From assembly GCA_964035545.1 (NCBI GenBank), contig OZ037771.1, positions 4,928,990 to 4,992,989 of the forward strand: a DNA stretch of 64,000 nucleotides, written 5' to 3'. Positions 1 to 14,446 of this stretch are shown here, piece after piece. The notes beneath the pieces were generated by a model that worked only from the letters and a program-made list of their open reading frames with translations, ran no database searches and was not told the DNA's origin. Position 1 is the stretch's first letter, and each line of letters opens with the position of its first letter. Both the position numbers and the translations under genes were made by a program. This DNA is from Bugula neritina. Lineage: Eukaryota > Animalia > Bryozoa.

Positions 1-1827
1 TATCTTATTCAGGAGTTGTCCCTATCCAGTTAGTTCAGAAAAAATGTTGCTAATTCACACTGTCATGATTCGTAAGCTTTTAAATTGATTACATGATGGT
101 GGCTTTACACTACATGCAGACAGTTAATATTCTTAGCTTTCACATTACTTTGCTAAATAATGTTGATTATAGATTTAATATACGTCACTCTATGTACATT
201 CTAGACACCGTGCAACATGTGTATAGTAATACTATAAGAACAATGCATCAGTAGATCACCTCATAATAATATATAGAAAAAGAATGTCGTATATACCTGT
301 ATTTAACATCACGCGTTATACAGTTCTTTAAATAAAATGCAATAGTTTTATTGTTATTACAACTTTGTAAAATTATTTCAAACAACATTTTCGACAAAGA
401 TATGTGAGCTAGTTGCCATTGTTTACTCTTTATTTTTGATCAACTCAAATTGAGTGTAAGAAATCCGTTCATGCTGATTAAGCAAGCCAATGGAATGCTT
501 ATTGCTGGTAATAAGTTGACATTAAGTCATTGTAAATCGAAGGAGTTAGGAGCATTGAGTTCACAGTGTGTCACCCAAATAGGAAGTCTATAAGCATCAT
601 AAGGCATATAAAGGTCAAACACTTTGAAACCTGGTAGGTCTGCTATGTTTATGCACTTTTTATGCTAGCCTTAGTAACTATAGGCACTTAAGATTCATTT
701 ACCCGGGTGCATCCTTACCCTGCCTTGCTTGACTTTGAGACTACGAGAAAAAATTAGGACTTTACAAAATTGCGATATGTGCAGGTGTACACAAAACCTT
801 CGTTTTTTGAGAGGCTTTAAAGTACATAAATGAGTAAGTTTCATAAATGACAAAGAATATTAAATAATTGTAAAGCTTTTTATTTCCTGTGTAAAGATAG
901 CCTCTGGTCCAGAGGGATGAGAATGATAAGAAATGGAGCGTGTTAGCCCGCAAGGTTTCGTTCTTTTGAACACAAAGAACTTAGACTACATTGCTGAGTG
1001 TTAGCTGACAGTGTCTCCACCCTCCCCCCCCCCCCCCCCCCCCGTAATCCTCCTCCCACATTTACAGTTCTAATAGCCTGGGAGCATTTCTTTCTGGCTC
1101 AGGTCTATCAAGGGTAGTTGCACTATGACAATCTATATAGTGATACGTGTTGTGGACTTTTGCTAAATTTACTATAATAATTAAAGCAAAGTAACTGCAG
1201 GGTATAGTGAGAGCAGAAAATGTTATGAGTGAGATCACCCAACATATTTGTCAAGTACATGTTTAGTTAAAATCTGCTTTAAATTTTCTTGCATTTTTAT
1301 ATAACATGTTAGATAATTGCCAACAGTTCACTCAATTGCCATTAGCATCTAAAGCAAGTGGTCACTCGTATTGGATAGATACAGATGTACGGCTGCTAAA
1401 TTAGAATACAGTATCTTTAGTTATTAAAATAACATTCTACCTAACGTAGCACAGCATTTCATCTACTATCATTACGCCTCCGAAATACCTACCACAGGTA
1501 AGATTAATACTTCAATAGTAATAAATAAGAATTTTCCTGTTTTCAGACACAATATAAAAAAACACTGAGTGTTTCTTATAGCCTTTCATTAAAATGGTTG
1601 TAGGTTACTTCTTATTCTAAAGATTCTTAGTCTAAATATAAATTTTGAATGTGTTTTATTTATTTTGAATGACATTACATTTTGTAACACAACACAAAAA
1701 GTTTGTATACAAATGGTAACAAATCAACGAGACCGGCAGTGGGTGCCTTTTTAGTGTAAGCAAATTAATAGATAGGAAATGTCTGTCTATAGTTTCGAGT
1801 CATACCAAGGCTAAAGCATGCAACATT

Positions 1828-2193
<366 letters not shown>

Positions 2194-2829
2194 ATTTTTA
2201 ATAAATCATTGCAAAACTAATTTAGCTCAGAGCCGCGCTGACTGTATATATTTCCACAGAAACATAAAATGTATATAATGTACAACATGCAAAAAAGTTT
2301 CTTGCATAATGTGGAGAATCAATCAGTAAAAAGAAATTGTTTTTAACAAAGTTTCTTTCATGCTATATTTAGCTTTTGACAACCCCTAGAAATATGAGCC
2401 CGAAAATTGTGGCTTTTTGCAATAATATACTTATAATTTGATTTTAGCACTAAGGGAAAATATTTGTCTAAGGTAAAATGTAAGCATATGCTATAGAATG
2501 GCATTGGATTACAGTTGAGAAGGTTGCGATTGCATCAACAATTATGTGTTTTTATAAATGCATATCATGCAGCTGTTCACATGTGACTTTCAATAGAACT
2601 TGACATTTTATTATAAACTCCAACAAAAAATAATCAAGTGGCAATGCAAGTTATAGCATTGTAGCGCTTCAGGCTATTGAACGTATTGGCTATAGACAAT
2701 ATAGTATTTGGAAGGTGCTAGTGGCTAATACTAGACACCATGATATGGTAGAGTGTAAATTTAACCAATATTTATATTTGTAAGGATTTTCTACTTTTAC
2801 CCAATAGAAATTACTATTTCTGTTACTAC

Positions 2830-2928
2830 CATGACTGCAACTGCCTCTACTACTGCTACTGCTACTGCTACTACTACTGCTACTAATACTTTTACTACTG
2901 CTGCCACTACTAGTTTTGACACTACTGC
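2830..2928. repeat. (CTA/CTG)n trinucleotide repeat
   Basis: ctactactgctactgctactg... just upstream of the first AChE coding exon. Confidence 0.85.
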
Positions 2929-3023
2929 AAAAGCGCTGCCTATAACAAACTGAATTTAGAGCAAGCACATTCTGAAGCTGTCTTACTCACTTTTTATTGT
3001 TATTCTTAGACTAGGGAGACACC

Positions 3024-6000
3024 ATGGATTGGTTGAGTTACTGTGCATTGTGGGTTTTCTACTTCATGGTAGTGACAGTAGGTTCTACTGAAGACTTTAC
3101 CAGACGTCGACTTCACAAAGGATGGGTCACTGGTAACCGTCACAGTGTTCTCGATGGTATTATTGGTAGGTACAAGTACTAGCTGCGTCTATATAAATGC
3201 ATAGATATCCTAAAAAATTGCGTTGTGTTGCGTTTCGAAGTTAATCGCCATTAATAGCTTTATGATTGCCTCGATAAAATGGTAAAACTTACAGAGTGAT
3301 TTTGCTTACTGTGTTTGAAAGATATTCACTTAAAAAAGTTTTGCCAATGTGTTTGGTGATTGATGTTTTAGTGCATGAGTACCTAGGTATCCCAATGGGC
3401 AAACCACCAATAGGGAACAGAAGGTTCAGGAAACCAGAGCCAGTGGACCCTTGGATGGGACAGTACAATGCCAGCAAGCGATCAAATGCTTGCATCAACT
3501 TCAAAGATATTCAATTTGGAGGTATGCATAAACAAATGAAAATAAATACAAGAAGTATTTTACTACAATCAAGTGAATACTATATTTAAAAAACATAGTG
3601 CCTTGCAATATAATATGTGCTATGACTACAAATCTAAGGAGATTTATTTAAATTTTAAGTTGGATATATTTTGAAAACCCCATAGTCTTTTCTGTTTGGT
3701 GCAATATGAAAATAACAATACACAGCATTTTGCAGTTTCTAGCAGTAGACAAAAAAGTACAGCACAGCATTATAATGCTTGTTTCTTGTATGCCTATTTT
3801 AGACTTTTATGGGTCGGATGTCTGGAATCCAGAAGAACCCAGGAGTGAGGACTGCTTATACATAAATGCTTGGATTCCAAACCCAGGAGAGATGACAGAG
3901 AAAAAAGCCATCATGGTTTGGATATATGGCGGCGGATTTTATAGCGGCAGTTCAACCTTGGACATATATGACGGTCGTTATTTGGCAGCTAGCCAAAATG
4001 TCATCGTAGTCTCCATGCAGTATAGATTAGGAATCCTTGGATTTCTAAACTTGGAAAGCGAAGAGGCTCCTGGAAACATGGCGCTGTTTGATCAGCTAAT
4101 GGGTCTGCAGTGGGTACAGGACAATGCAGAGTACTTATATGGCGATAAAAACAACGTCACTATTATGGGGGAGAGCGCTGGCTCGGTTTCTGTAAGTCTC
4201 CATCTGATATCGGCCAAGAGCAGAAACCTCTTTAACAGGGCTATTCTACAAAGTGGTGCAGCAACAGCAAATTGGGCTTTAATGACTGTTGAAAGCTCAT
4301 GGTACAGGTTAAATAAGACAATTTATAGTAAAGACATTGGGTGCTCAACCATCACCACCCACGTGCCCACTCTGATGAAGTGCCTGCGCTCCGTGCCCGC
4401 TGGTGTTCTGTTTGACTATTCATGGGCTCCGTCAGGAATTGCTCAGTTCAGCTGGCTACCGTCTGTTGACCATGACTTTCTAACTGAGCTACCAGAAACG
4501 TCTCTCCGTAAAGGAAACTTTAAACGATGCCCAATTCTGATTGGTTCAAATGCTAATGAGGGATCATCATTTCTGGTTTATGAATTTTATTATCAAGGCT
4601 TTGGGCCAATTTTCAAGAGCAAAGAAATAAACTTTACCATTCCCCATTCTCGTTTTGTGAATGACATAAATCGGGCATTTAGGTATTACCCACAGTGGCC
4701 AACAAGCATGAATCAATTCGGAAAGGACGCAATAGCTTTCCGATATACCGATTGGCGAAACAAAGATGATAGTCTATTAAATCGACACAATATTGACTTA
4801 TCAGTTGGAGACTACCACTTCCTCTGTCCAACCAATGCTTTCTCCCAATACTTTGTCAATGTCGGATTGCCCGTCTACTACTATTATTTCACGCATCGCT
4901 CGACGAGAAACCCTTGGGGCAAGTGGATGGGGGTGATGCATGGTGATGAAATATTCTTCACTTTTGGATTACCAATCAGACCTGATTCCCAGTACACAGA
5001 AGACGAGAAACTTCTCAGTATGCATATGATGCAGCTCTGGTCTAACTTCTCTAAAACCGGGTAAGCTAGGTTTAGCTAGCGAACAAAGTTTATCTTGTAA
5101 TATTAAAGGTTTGCTAAAGCACTTATAAACTTTTGATATATGATGAATTACTTAGAGATTTGTAGTACAAATTGATGTCTATTGGGATAGAAACTACTAA
5201 TGGTTATCTACATGCATATAATCCTTAATAGAATGCTATCTTTTATTGCGCACTTAGATGTACCTCCAATGTTGCATGCATGAACTTAACACACTAAGTT
5301 ATATACTATTATACAGTATATATAATGCTGTATACTTGTCTGTATATAATTAGGATATATCTGTTACTGTAACTGTCAATCTGTCTTGTTTATATCTCGA
5401 ATTCCTAACAGCCATGCTACATATCTGCTAGTTGAGCTAATTGATAGCTTCAACTTTACTCTGAACATCTCAATAATAATAGAATGTATACTAATATTTG
5501 CAGCTGCATTCCGTACCTTCATTTGTATGTCAGAAAGTAGAGTATTATTAGCTCAATCAATCTCAATTGCAAGAGTTAGCAAGGCTGTGAAGAAATTGAG
5601 AAAAGCCTGTTTTATAAATGAGCAATAACAAGTCATATTTTTGCTAGGAAGTTAATTGTTGCCCTGAAGTCTAAACTAACATTCTTACAAATAGGTAATT
5701 GAATAAACTAGACTAGAATTTCTTTGTCATAGCCTGAGGTTTTTTTTCGTTGTTCCTGTGTCATGCTTGGGCTCCTAGAAACAGCCCAAACTCTGGTATG
5801 TCTGCTAGCAAGTAAACTGAATGCTCATATGTTCTATCGGGATAATGCAGTTATACTAACAAATATGTTTTAAAACAATTTTAAACTGCAGAATCTAAAT
5901 TCTAAACCTATTGGGTCACAGCAATATAGTAGCAAGATTTGGTAGTCATGACAACTGTAGAAGCAGTGTTTTCTTTCCCTCTACTAGCTGCTTTGTATGC

Positions 6001-9000
6001 TGGGCCTTCATTTATTTGTAATAACTTCACTAACTTTACTAGATACTACTTTGCATTATAATAATATGGATGGACTTTGTCCCATATGCTGGCCTTTTTT
6101 CCATAAGAGCTTCATCCAAGCTATAGTTATATTGTCAGCTGTTTATGTAACTATATACAAATGTGATTGCATGAGAAGAATAATTATAATGCCTAGTCGT
6201 GTTCTTTAATAGCATATGATTGCATAGGTGTCAGAAAATAACAACACATATATAATACAATATTAACAAACCTGATGATATGGTCAAGTGAAAGGTAATA
6301 GCCATTGGTTATTCTGGAGTAATGCTAACTTTATATAAATATAATTCCAGGTGTAGCTGTACATCATACTAATGTATACCACTAAAACACTACTTCAAAA
6401 TAGTAGTATAAACAAGCTTTGCTGTTTTATAACATTTCTAGTATTCAATATTCATTTATAGCTTTCAAAATCAGAGTACACTCCAAATTAAGGGGTATAA
6501 ATTTAAGTCAAATTATCATTGCTTTTGCTGCATAAGGTTATATAAAGTAAAGCCTGTCACTGTTGGTATGTTGCTATGACACCACACTGAACAAGTCTTA
6601 ACTTTGCAGACACCCGAATGGTTTGGATAATGGAGGTCTGTGGTCGTGGACTCCAGCCAGTCAGTTTGGTAAAGAGTTCTATGAGCTGAGCATACCTAGC
6701 CTTACCAACCCGACTTTCGGGAGTGGTCCGAGAACTGAGCACTGTGCATTCTGGGACAGCTATCTGCCGGGATTGGTTACAGGGACAGGTCAGTATTGCT
6801 GCTGTATTTGGGTACGAGATTATGTGAGTTTTCTTAGAGAAATTATATGTGTAATGATGATTTTGCTGTTAGACGAATCAAGTTAACATATTATATTAAA
6901 GGTTACAGTAACTTTGTTGCTTCTTTTAGCAGAAAGAATATAACTCTTAAATTGATAAACAAAATGTGTCTACTTAAAGATATATAAAATATCAATTGCA
7001 CATATTATACTATAATGGTGTTACTTGGTGAACAAAGCTTTCGATCAATCTGATATTGTATTAAACCATTTTCTGTTATAAAATTGAAAGCACCAGAAAG
7101 CTATGTGACCCTTTTCTTTAGCAACTATTTTGGCAAACGGTTTCAAAACAACTAAATTACACAACCTGCATGAAATAGTAGGTAGCTTTTACTGGTTGAG
7201 TAGTACATATCCTTATAGAAAATAGTTTCCAGTTTGATCATTTCAAAAGATGATATTTGGAGCCTGAAGTTGGAAGTGGGTGTGCTCTATGACTTTTAAC
7301 TTCTAATCCACAAACACTACGTGTAAAAAAACTCAATTCTTGTTAAACAATAAGAATTAACAAATTGACTTCCAACTTTAGACTCCTAATATCACTTTCT
7401 AATAATTTCTGTTGTTAGTTAGATAAATTTATTTCATCTAATTTCAAACACCCCTGTAGGTGAAATGTTAGTGTTAGCACAATGATTTTCCTTTGCGTTA
7501 ATTTAACTTCTGTTTTCTGTTATAATTTATCACAAGCTGAGCTCATGCCACTTCCATGCTCAAATAATTATACCTAATATTGAAAAATGCGAAATGATCT
7601 CCACTGCCATTTGAATCTGGAAGAATCTGTAAAAAATTAAAACCTATAGCATTTATTCTATGATATTCAAAAGAAAACATAGGGGGCTATCTGAAAAAGA
7701 TAAAACTTTTGGCATACAGATGTTGAATTGATTTTATAATCAAAAGGACAACATTGTCATTAAACTGATACCGCTGCTTTTGATTCATCTTCTAAAAAAC
7801 ACTTTCAAAATTGACAGCACTAAAAAACCATGAACATTTTATCCTACAAATGAATCTGCAATCTATGTTTGTCTTAATAACTCAGCAATTATGGCGGTTT
7901 GAAATTTGTCATCTAATATTCTTTGTGCTGGAGAAAAAAACCGATTTTGTGAACTCATGTGAAAGCAAACACAGATTACAAAATTTACAAAAATTCAGGG
8001 AGTCTCAACGTAAATTAAAAACAGTAATTTCACCTCTTGAACGAGTACACCATTCAGTATAGACGCTCATAAACCAAGAGAGGAAGTGTACAAGATGTAC
8101 CAAATATTCACCTGGCACAGCTAGATGGTGTTCTCACTTAAAATCTTTCAAGGTATAGTTTAACTATAGAAGTGTGGCTTTCTTTTGGAAACCTCCTAAC
8201 TGCAGCTCTACTAACAACGTGAAACCAAAGCTCTGCTTGAACTGTTGCTTCTAATGCTTAGTCTCGTTATTGTGAGAACTGACCACTGCTTGAGCTTAAG
8301 ACGCCTGTCTGCCAGCTTGCACAACGTCCTGCTTTCCGTCATGTTTTTTTTTTCAATTAAGTAAAAGTCATATGCATGAGTTTTTCATTAAAAAATTAAA
8401 TAAAAGTAAATACCTTAACACTTCATATTAACAAGTTGTTAAAGTATATTAATGAATAAAAGTACTGCTTATAATATATAACAAAAATACTAATGCGATC
8501 TTTAGTATATTCGTTTAAATACTATTAAGTTATTCGTTAGATGATGCATTAAAAAAGTAAAAAATCCTTAGAGAATTTTTTCATATAGAAGTCATGCCAT
8601 TCAGAAGTTACAAACAAATTGTTTACTAAGCTAAGTTACTGATAGTATTCCCTTCTAGACTTGACATCATTTTTAAATCTGAAAATATCTATAATTTCTA
8701 CAGGCAATAATTCATTCATCGTATCAATAAAACCAATAAAGTTTCTAGCAAAACATTATAAATGACATTATTTGATCATAAAAAGTTTATGGTAATAGTG
8801 TTATACAAACTAAGTGGAAGGCGGGAGTTTTTTAGTTTTAAGGAAAGAACATGTTTTATACACTGATAAACCTGCCTACTTTACACAATATTTAAGTCGG
8901 CTATAATGTGTTCTACCGTTGCCTTTAGAAAGAATAATACACAAAAAAATCCTATTACGCACACCGCAAAAGTTGTAAACCAATATTTCTTGGAAAAAAA

Positions 9001-10457
9001 ATTATATTTAATTTGTCAACTGCATGATCTAACAAGTAGACATAAAAGGGCAATAGAAATGTAGGCCATACTTTGTGAAATACAGTTCGTATGTGAAAAC
9101 TAACAAGTTTCTAAGATAATGTAGTTCAGACTTAAAACAGCTGCCTTATTGTGTCAACTAATCAATGTCAGGGCACTTGTAATATTGAATGCAAAGCATT
9201 CACTTTCTGCAATGTTTTAGATATAATCATTTTCTTTTCTCACCTATCTTCGATTTGTCCTGTTCAGGTAGCGGGTTTTATATGTAATTATTGGTTAAAA
9301 GAATTTGTAACTGAAGATCAAAAGCCGATCTGTACTGAAAACTATTAGCAATTTTACTCTATTATTATAAAAGGAGTTTCAGTGTATGTCATGTTAAGCC
9401 TGTGCTGTGGATTTGTTGTTAATTCATAATAAATTTGCTGTTTTATAAACAGGATGATGAAATGTTGCTGAACTTGTTTCCAAACAGACCTCAAAATTTG
9501 CAAATTCCACATTTTCAAACTATTAATAAGCACATCTCTCTATAGTTATAAAGGTGTTAGCTCACATCTGCTTTAAGATGATATGCTTGTGTCTTATATG
9601 CTGTTAGTATTTGTTTTCTGCTTGCTGCTGTATAATATATCCTCTCTTGCTTATATGCCTCCACTACTGTACTATGCACTATACACTGGATACTATACAC
9701 TATACTCTATATACACTATATACTATACGCTAGATGCTATACACTGTATACACTATATACTCTATGCTATATACTATGCACTGTATGCTATACATTTTAT
9801 ACTATACACTGTATACTATATACTATACACTAATATATATACTAAATACTATACACTGGCTAAATTGCAGCTGCTCATACAACATTCATAATTTCTATTT
9901 CTTCCTGTATTGCTCAGTGCTCACACAACTACTACTAATGCTGGCCCGCTTACCTTACTGATAGGTTTAAATCTACACCTGTATGATGAAAATGACACCA
10001 TTTTATGACTAATAAACGCTGTCACAAATGAAAAAATTCTAGCTATTCGGTGCTGCTTACAGCTTTTAACTTGCTTTCGATCTAGATATAATAATATATA
10101 AATTATTGCTACTGCTATAATACTATTTGCTGTAAAAACACAAAGCGCAGATAAATCTATTAGATGCAAACCCTATTTTACTATTTGCTGTTAAGAAATG
10201 TGGAGAAGTGTAGCCACAGTAACATAGTTTCAGCACAAGTTACAGGAGAGTATAACTCTAAGTCAGTGCATCTGGTTTGCCATGTTTTAGCTGACATACA
10301 CGACGTAGAGAAGGAGTGGAAGGAGCAGTTTGCTGAGTGGAACACGTATATAGTGCACTGGAAACACGAGTACCAGAACTACATGCAGACTGAGTACGAG
10401 CAGACCAAGTGTGACCAGCAGCTTAACGTGCAGAAGAGAGAAACTGGAGAACTGTGA
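3024..10457 (+). CDS. ACHE: Acetylcholinesterase, tailed (T/WAT) form; 5 coding exons
   Basis: Exons 3024-3165, 3372-3521, 3803-5060, 6610-6788, 10291-10457, all GT-AG and phase-consistent. Signal peptide MDWLSYCALWVFYFMVVTVGS; choline-site Trp in GSDVWNP; SEDCLYIN; oxyanion-hole GGGF; catalytic GESAG, NEGS and HGDE; CAFW; C-terminal WAT peptide DIHDVEKEWKEQFAEWNTYIVHWKHEY. Confidence 0.93.
9664..9857. repeat. Degenerate TATACTATACAC-type minisatellite in the last AChE intron
   Basis: Seen directly. Confidence 0.8.
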
Positions 10458-12251
10458 AACTCTTAGCTAGTTTTACTTATTCTGAAGCATTATTACTGAG
10501 CTATTTTGCTGCCGTCCCTACAGTTTCATAATTAAAGAGACAAAGTTTGATAATTAGAAATTTTCTATTTAAAGAGAAGACAACTTTGTGTTTATGCGTT
10601 TCTTATGCTAAGGCACTGCTGCCATATCATCTATTCACCATTGTAGTTTTATTTTGGACTAAACTAATGATGCAAATGTTTCAGTTTTGAAAAGTTTTTG
10701 ACATTTGACTTTTATCTTTTGACCTTTACCCTTTGACCTTGCCACATGTAACAGTGTGAAAAAGAGCCATACTCATGTTTCATGGATCATCAAAACACTT
10801 ATTCAGTTTAAACAATGACTGATGATTCAGATCATAATAGCTTTAAACCAATAATGAATATTCAATGTCTAAATTATATTTTTCCTTTTTCTTAATTGAT
10901 TTTCTGTAAATTAGAATTTTTATCAATTAAGTTGCTTGAGTCAATCATAGTTATTTTAATAGGCTTTTAGCCACAATTTACATTTGGCTTAATTTGCAAA
11001 TTATTCAAAACCTTTTGATGCTGCCGCACAATACATGACCCTTGACTTACGCCATGTGGCGGCCTGCACATTTCAAACATGAAATATTTTATTTGTTCAA
11101 GAGCAGACACATTTAATTATCTATATGGTTATTGTGCATTGTGAAAAAATGTCATTTCAGCTGTGATTTCATGTTGTTAATAAGTTAAATTAACATCGAT
11201 GATAAAAATTAACTTTTAGCTTTACACAGAGCCAATCATTTGACATGCAAAATGTCTATTCTTTGGTATCAATCATTAGCACTTATTGAACTTATGTACT
11301 TACTAACCAATATTACTTACCAATCTTACTTACTTACTACACACTTACTTACGACACATTTACTTACTACACATAAAACATAACTATTTAAATTTTGTTT
11401 TTTATTGTCAGATGATTAAACAAGCTCACCACTTAGTGAGTCAAGTAATACCATTTCTTATAATTATATTTCATCTTTGAATGTATATTTTACAAAATAT
11501 ATTAATTTTAGATTCTAACAAAACACTGCATAGACTTAGATTGAGTGTGCCGTTTTATGGTTTGTATGTTCATGTCTTAGAAAACATAGTCTAACAAAGT
11601 ATTTAATATTTTACATGTCTATGGAAATGTTTATGAAATAAAATTACTGTATCTTTCAGCTTATGCTGAATGGCTTCTGTGTATTTTTCTGTTATAATTA
11701 GATGTTTATTTACAGTGCCAACAGTTAATTTGTGAGTGCACACAGTTCTGTGAGCATAGAATTAATCAATTTCATTTGGCACCAATTCTACATAACATGA
11801 TCATGTAAGAACTCGCACCCATGAATAAATTCTATGCTAAACCCCCTCTCCATCTTTCACTTTTTGCAATGCATTATAGACAGCTATATTTGATACTGGG
11901 TTAAATGAATGCCAGAAGAGTGTCTTACGGCAGCGTAATATGGAGATTTTATTTACTAGCAGTAAAATCACCAACTATTACATTCTATTATTCGTATGTC
12001 AAACAGTAAATATTGAATTCTGTCTTACTGTGTTTATTATTGCTGTGTATTATCATATGATGGGCATCAGTTTAGTTACTCACTTGTTACTTCGAACTAA
12101 TGTCAAAACTTGAAGCCGAAACCTTTTAGACTTTAAATTTACACTTTAAGTGTCAACCCTAAAGATGAGCAATGAAGTGGAAACTATTACTGTATTAGAT
12201 ATACCTATATGTTATATATGTACATAATTACCACAATTAACACACACACAC

Positions 12252-12367
<116 letters not shown>

Positions 12368-12710
12368 AAATAATATATTTGACTGCCAAGGAATAAATCC
12401 TATTAAGTAAAGTATTCCACATGCCTACTTAATAAAATGTATGACTCTATTTCTCACTTTTAATAGCAAAAATGTAGTTCATATATATTTGATAATATTT
12501 TTAGACGAGTTGTATAAGAAAGTTGAACAGCTCCCAGAGGTATCATCCGCAGTAAGAGTGGCAATTAGCAGCACCCTCCCTATAGCTGCTATGGTTCTCA
12601 GGCTAATATTAATGTGAATGAAAAGATAACATTCAAAAACATCACCTTTTCTATGCAATTCACACCTGATACATGCTAAGCATTTTTTTTCGCAACTCAA
12701 CTACAACATT

Positions 12711-12750
<40 letters not shown>

Positions 12751-14446
12751 CCTATAATTTTATTTATATATATTCTACATTTATAATTTTGTTCATTATA
12801 ACAATAAAATAAGTTATAACTAAATATAAATTTAGTTTAAAAGAAAGAATATTCTATCAATTATGCACAGGATATTCAGTCAAATCATAAAATCATAAAG
12901 ACGCATTCTAAAATAAATTTTGCTGCATGCTAAGCTTTATAACATTAAAACGCAGAAATATTTTAAATTAAATTTGAATTAAACACTGCAGCATGTGTTT
13001 AATATTTTGATATCGGAACACATTATCGAAACAAGATTACAATTGTGATTTTTACATACTCGTGTATTACTTACACATCCGGCCATCAGAAACATAAAAA
13101 AAATACAAAACCATCAACTGTAGTACTATCTTTGATGTATGCAGGTTTGTATGAGTTACGGAAAGGGTTTTCTAAAAGTTTTTATGTAATTTAATCTAAC
13201 TCCATCTAAAATATTAAAATGATTCAACACACTCTATTGTGATACAGCAAAAACTAGAAAGTTTGTTTGTTATGTGCAATATGCGAACAATTACAGTCAA
13301 ACATCTGTTTGTAATATAGCCTTAGCCCTTATGCTAGCTGTTTGCATTTCAAGGCAGGGAATATTGTTTCATCTTTGCATAAGAGAACAGAGTTTACTGG
13401 ATTAGTACTATAGTATATACGTCTTGTCATATAGCAAATACTTGCAACACTCAGTGTGATATGTGTATAAATTCACTCATGGATCGTGCAAATGCAGATC
13501 AACTGGTACTGCAAGTATATTATACTAAAGCATGTGCATGTACTATGTACAATATAAACACCAAGGTACTCTGTATACTCGGCTAAACACTGAAAGATTA
13601 TATAAACTGAAGCTATGCTTTAAAAAGCTCTAACTTTAAATAAAATCACAACAGGCAATAAAAATACGAGAAGTTGTTGAATAAAACAAAATGTAGAAAA
13701 ACGCTTGCAAGTAAAATGAATTTATTTAACAATATATGAAAAAATAATATATACAAGCATTTTGAACAGCGTGACTGCTTTCCTATATTCCATGAGCATT
13801 GTGAAACATGTGATTAAAATACAAGTGATAAACAAATAACTTCAAAAATAAATATACTTCGTTAGATTAAGCAAAATAAAAAAAATTAATAATTTCACAT
13901 TATTGCATAAATAATTTATGTTGCAATGCAGCACTAGGTAGCATAGTGTAAAAATAAAAACATATTTAAGAAATTTATTTAATCTATTTAATATCAGTAC
14001 TGATTAATGGCATTAGCTAATATCATTTATATAATATATAATAAAATATTCAGTTATATTTACATAGAAAAATTGTAAGCTATGTGATGTGATTTGATGC
14101 TATTTGATGTAAAATGTCTTGTAAAAATATGGAGCGTAAATAAATTGCATCTAATGGCGCCAAGTTCAAAGATATGGAATATAACATTTGAAAATATACA
14201 CTAATAATGTGCAGTTATAATAATTTTTCTGCTGACAGTTAATCATTCATGGCTTGAGGCCTCAACTAGCTGCAGAAATATTATCTAATGTAAATACATT
14301 GACTTCTTCTGCTTTAGACTAAAAATAACTAACATCTACTAAAGTACAATGTTATAACCAACAGTAAACAAGTTAAGAGATGGGTTTCATTCAACTGCAT
14401 TAAGTTGAAACCTTTTTTGATTGGCTGACCACAAATAAAATTAATT

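Noticed and set aside
8168-8300. GPI-type (H) alternative exon of AChE
   Set aside because: Phase-compatible acceptors give only short peptides without a clear omega site plus hydrophobic tail.
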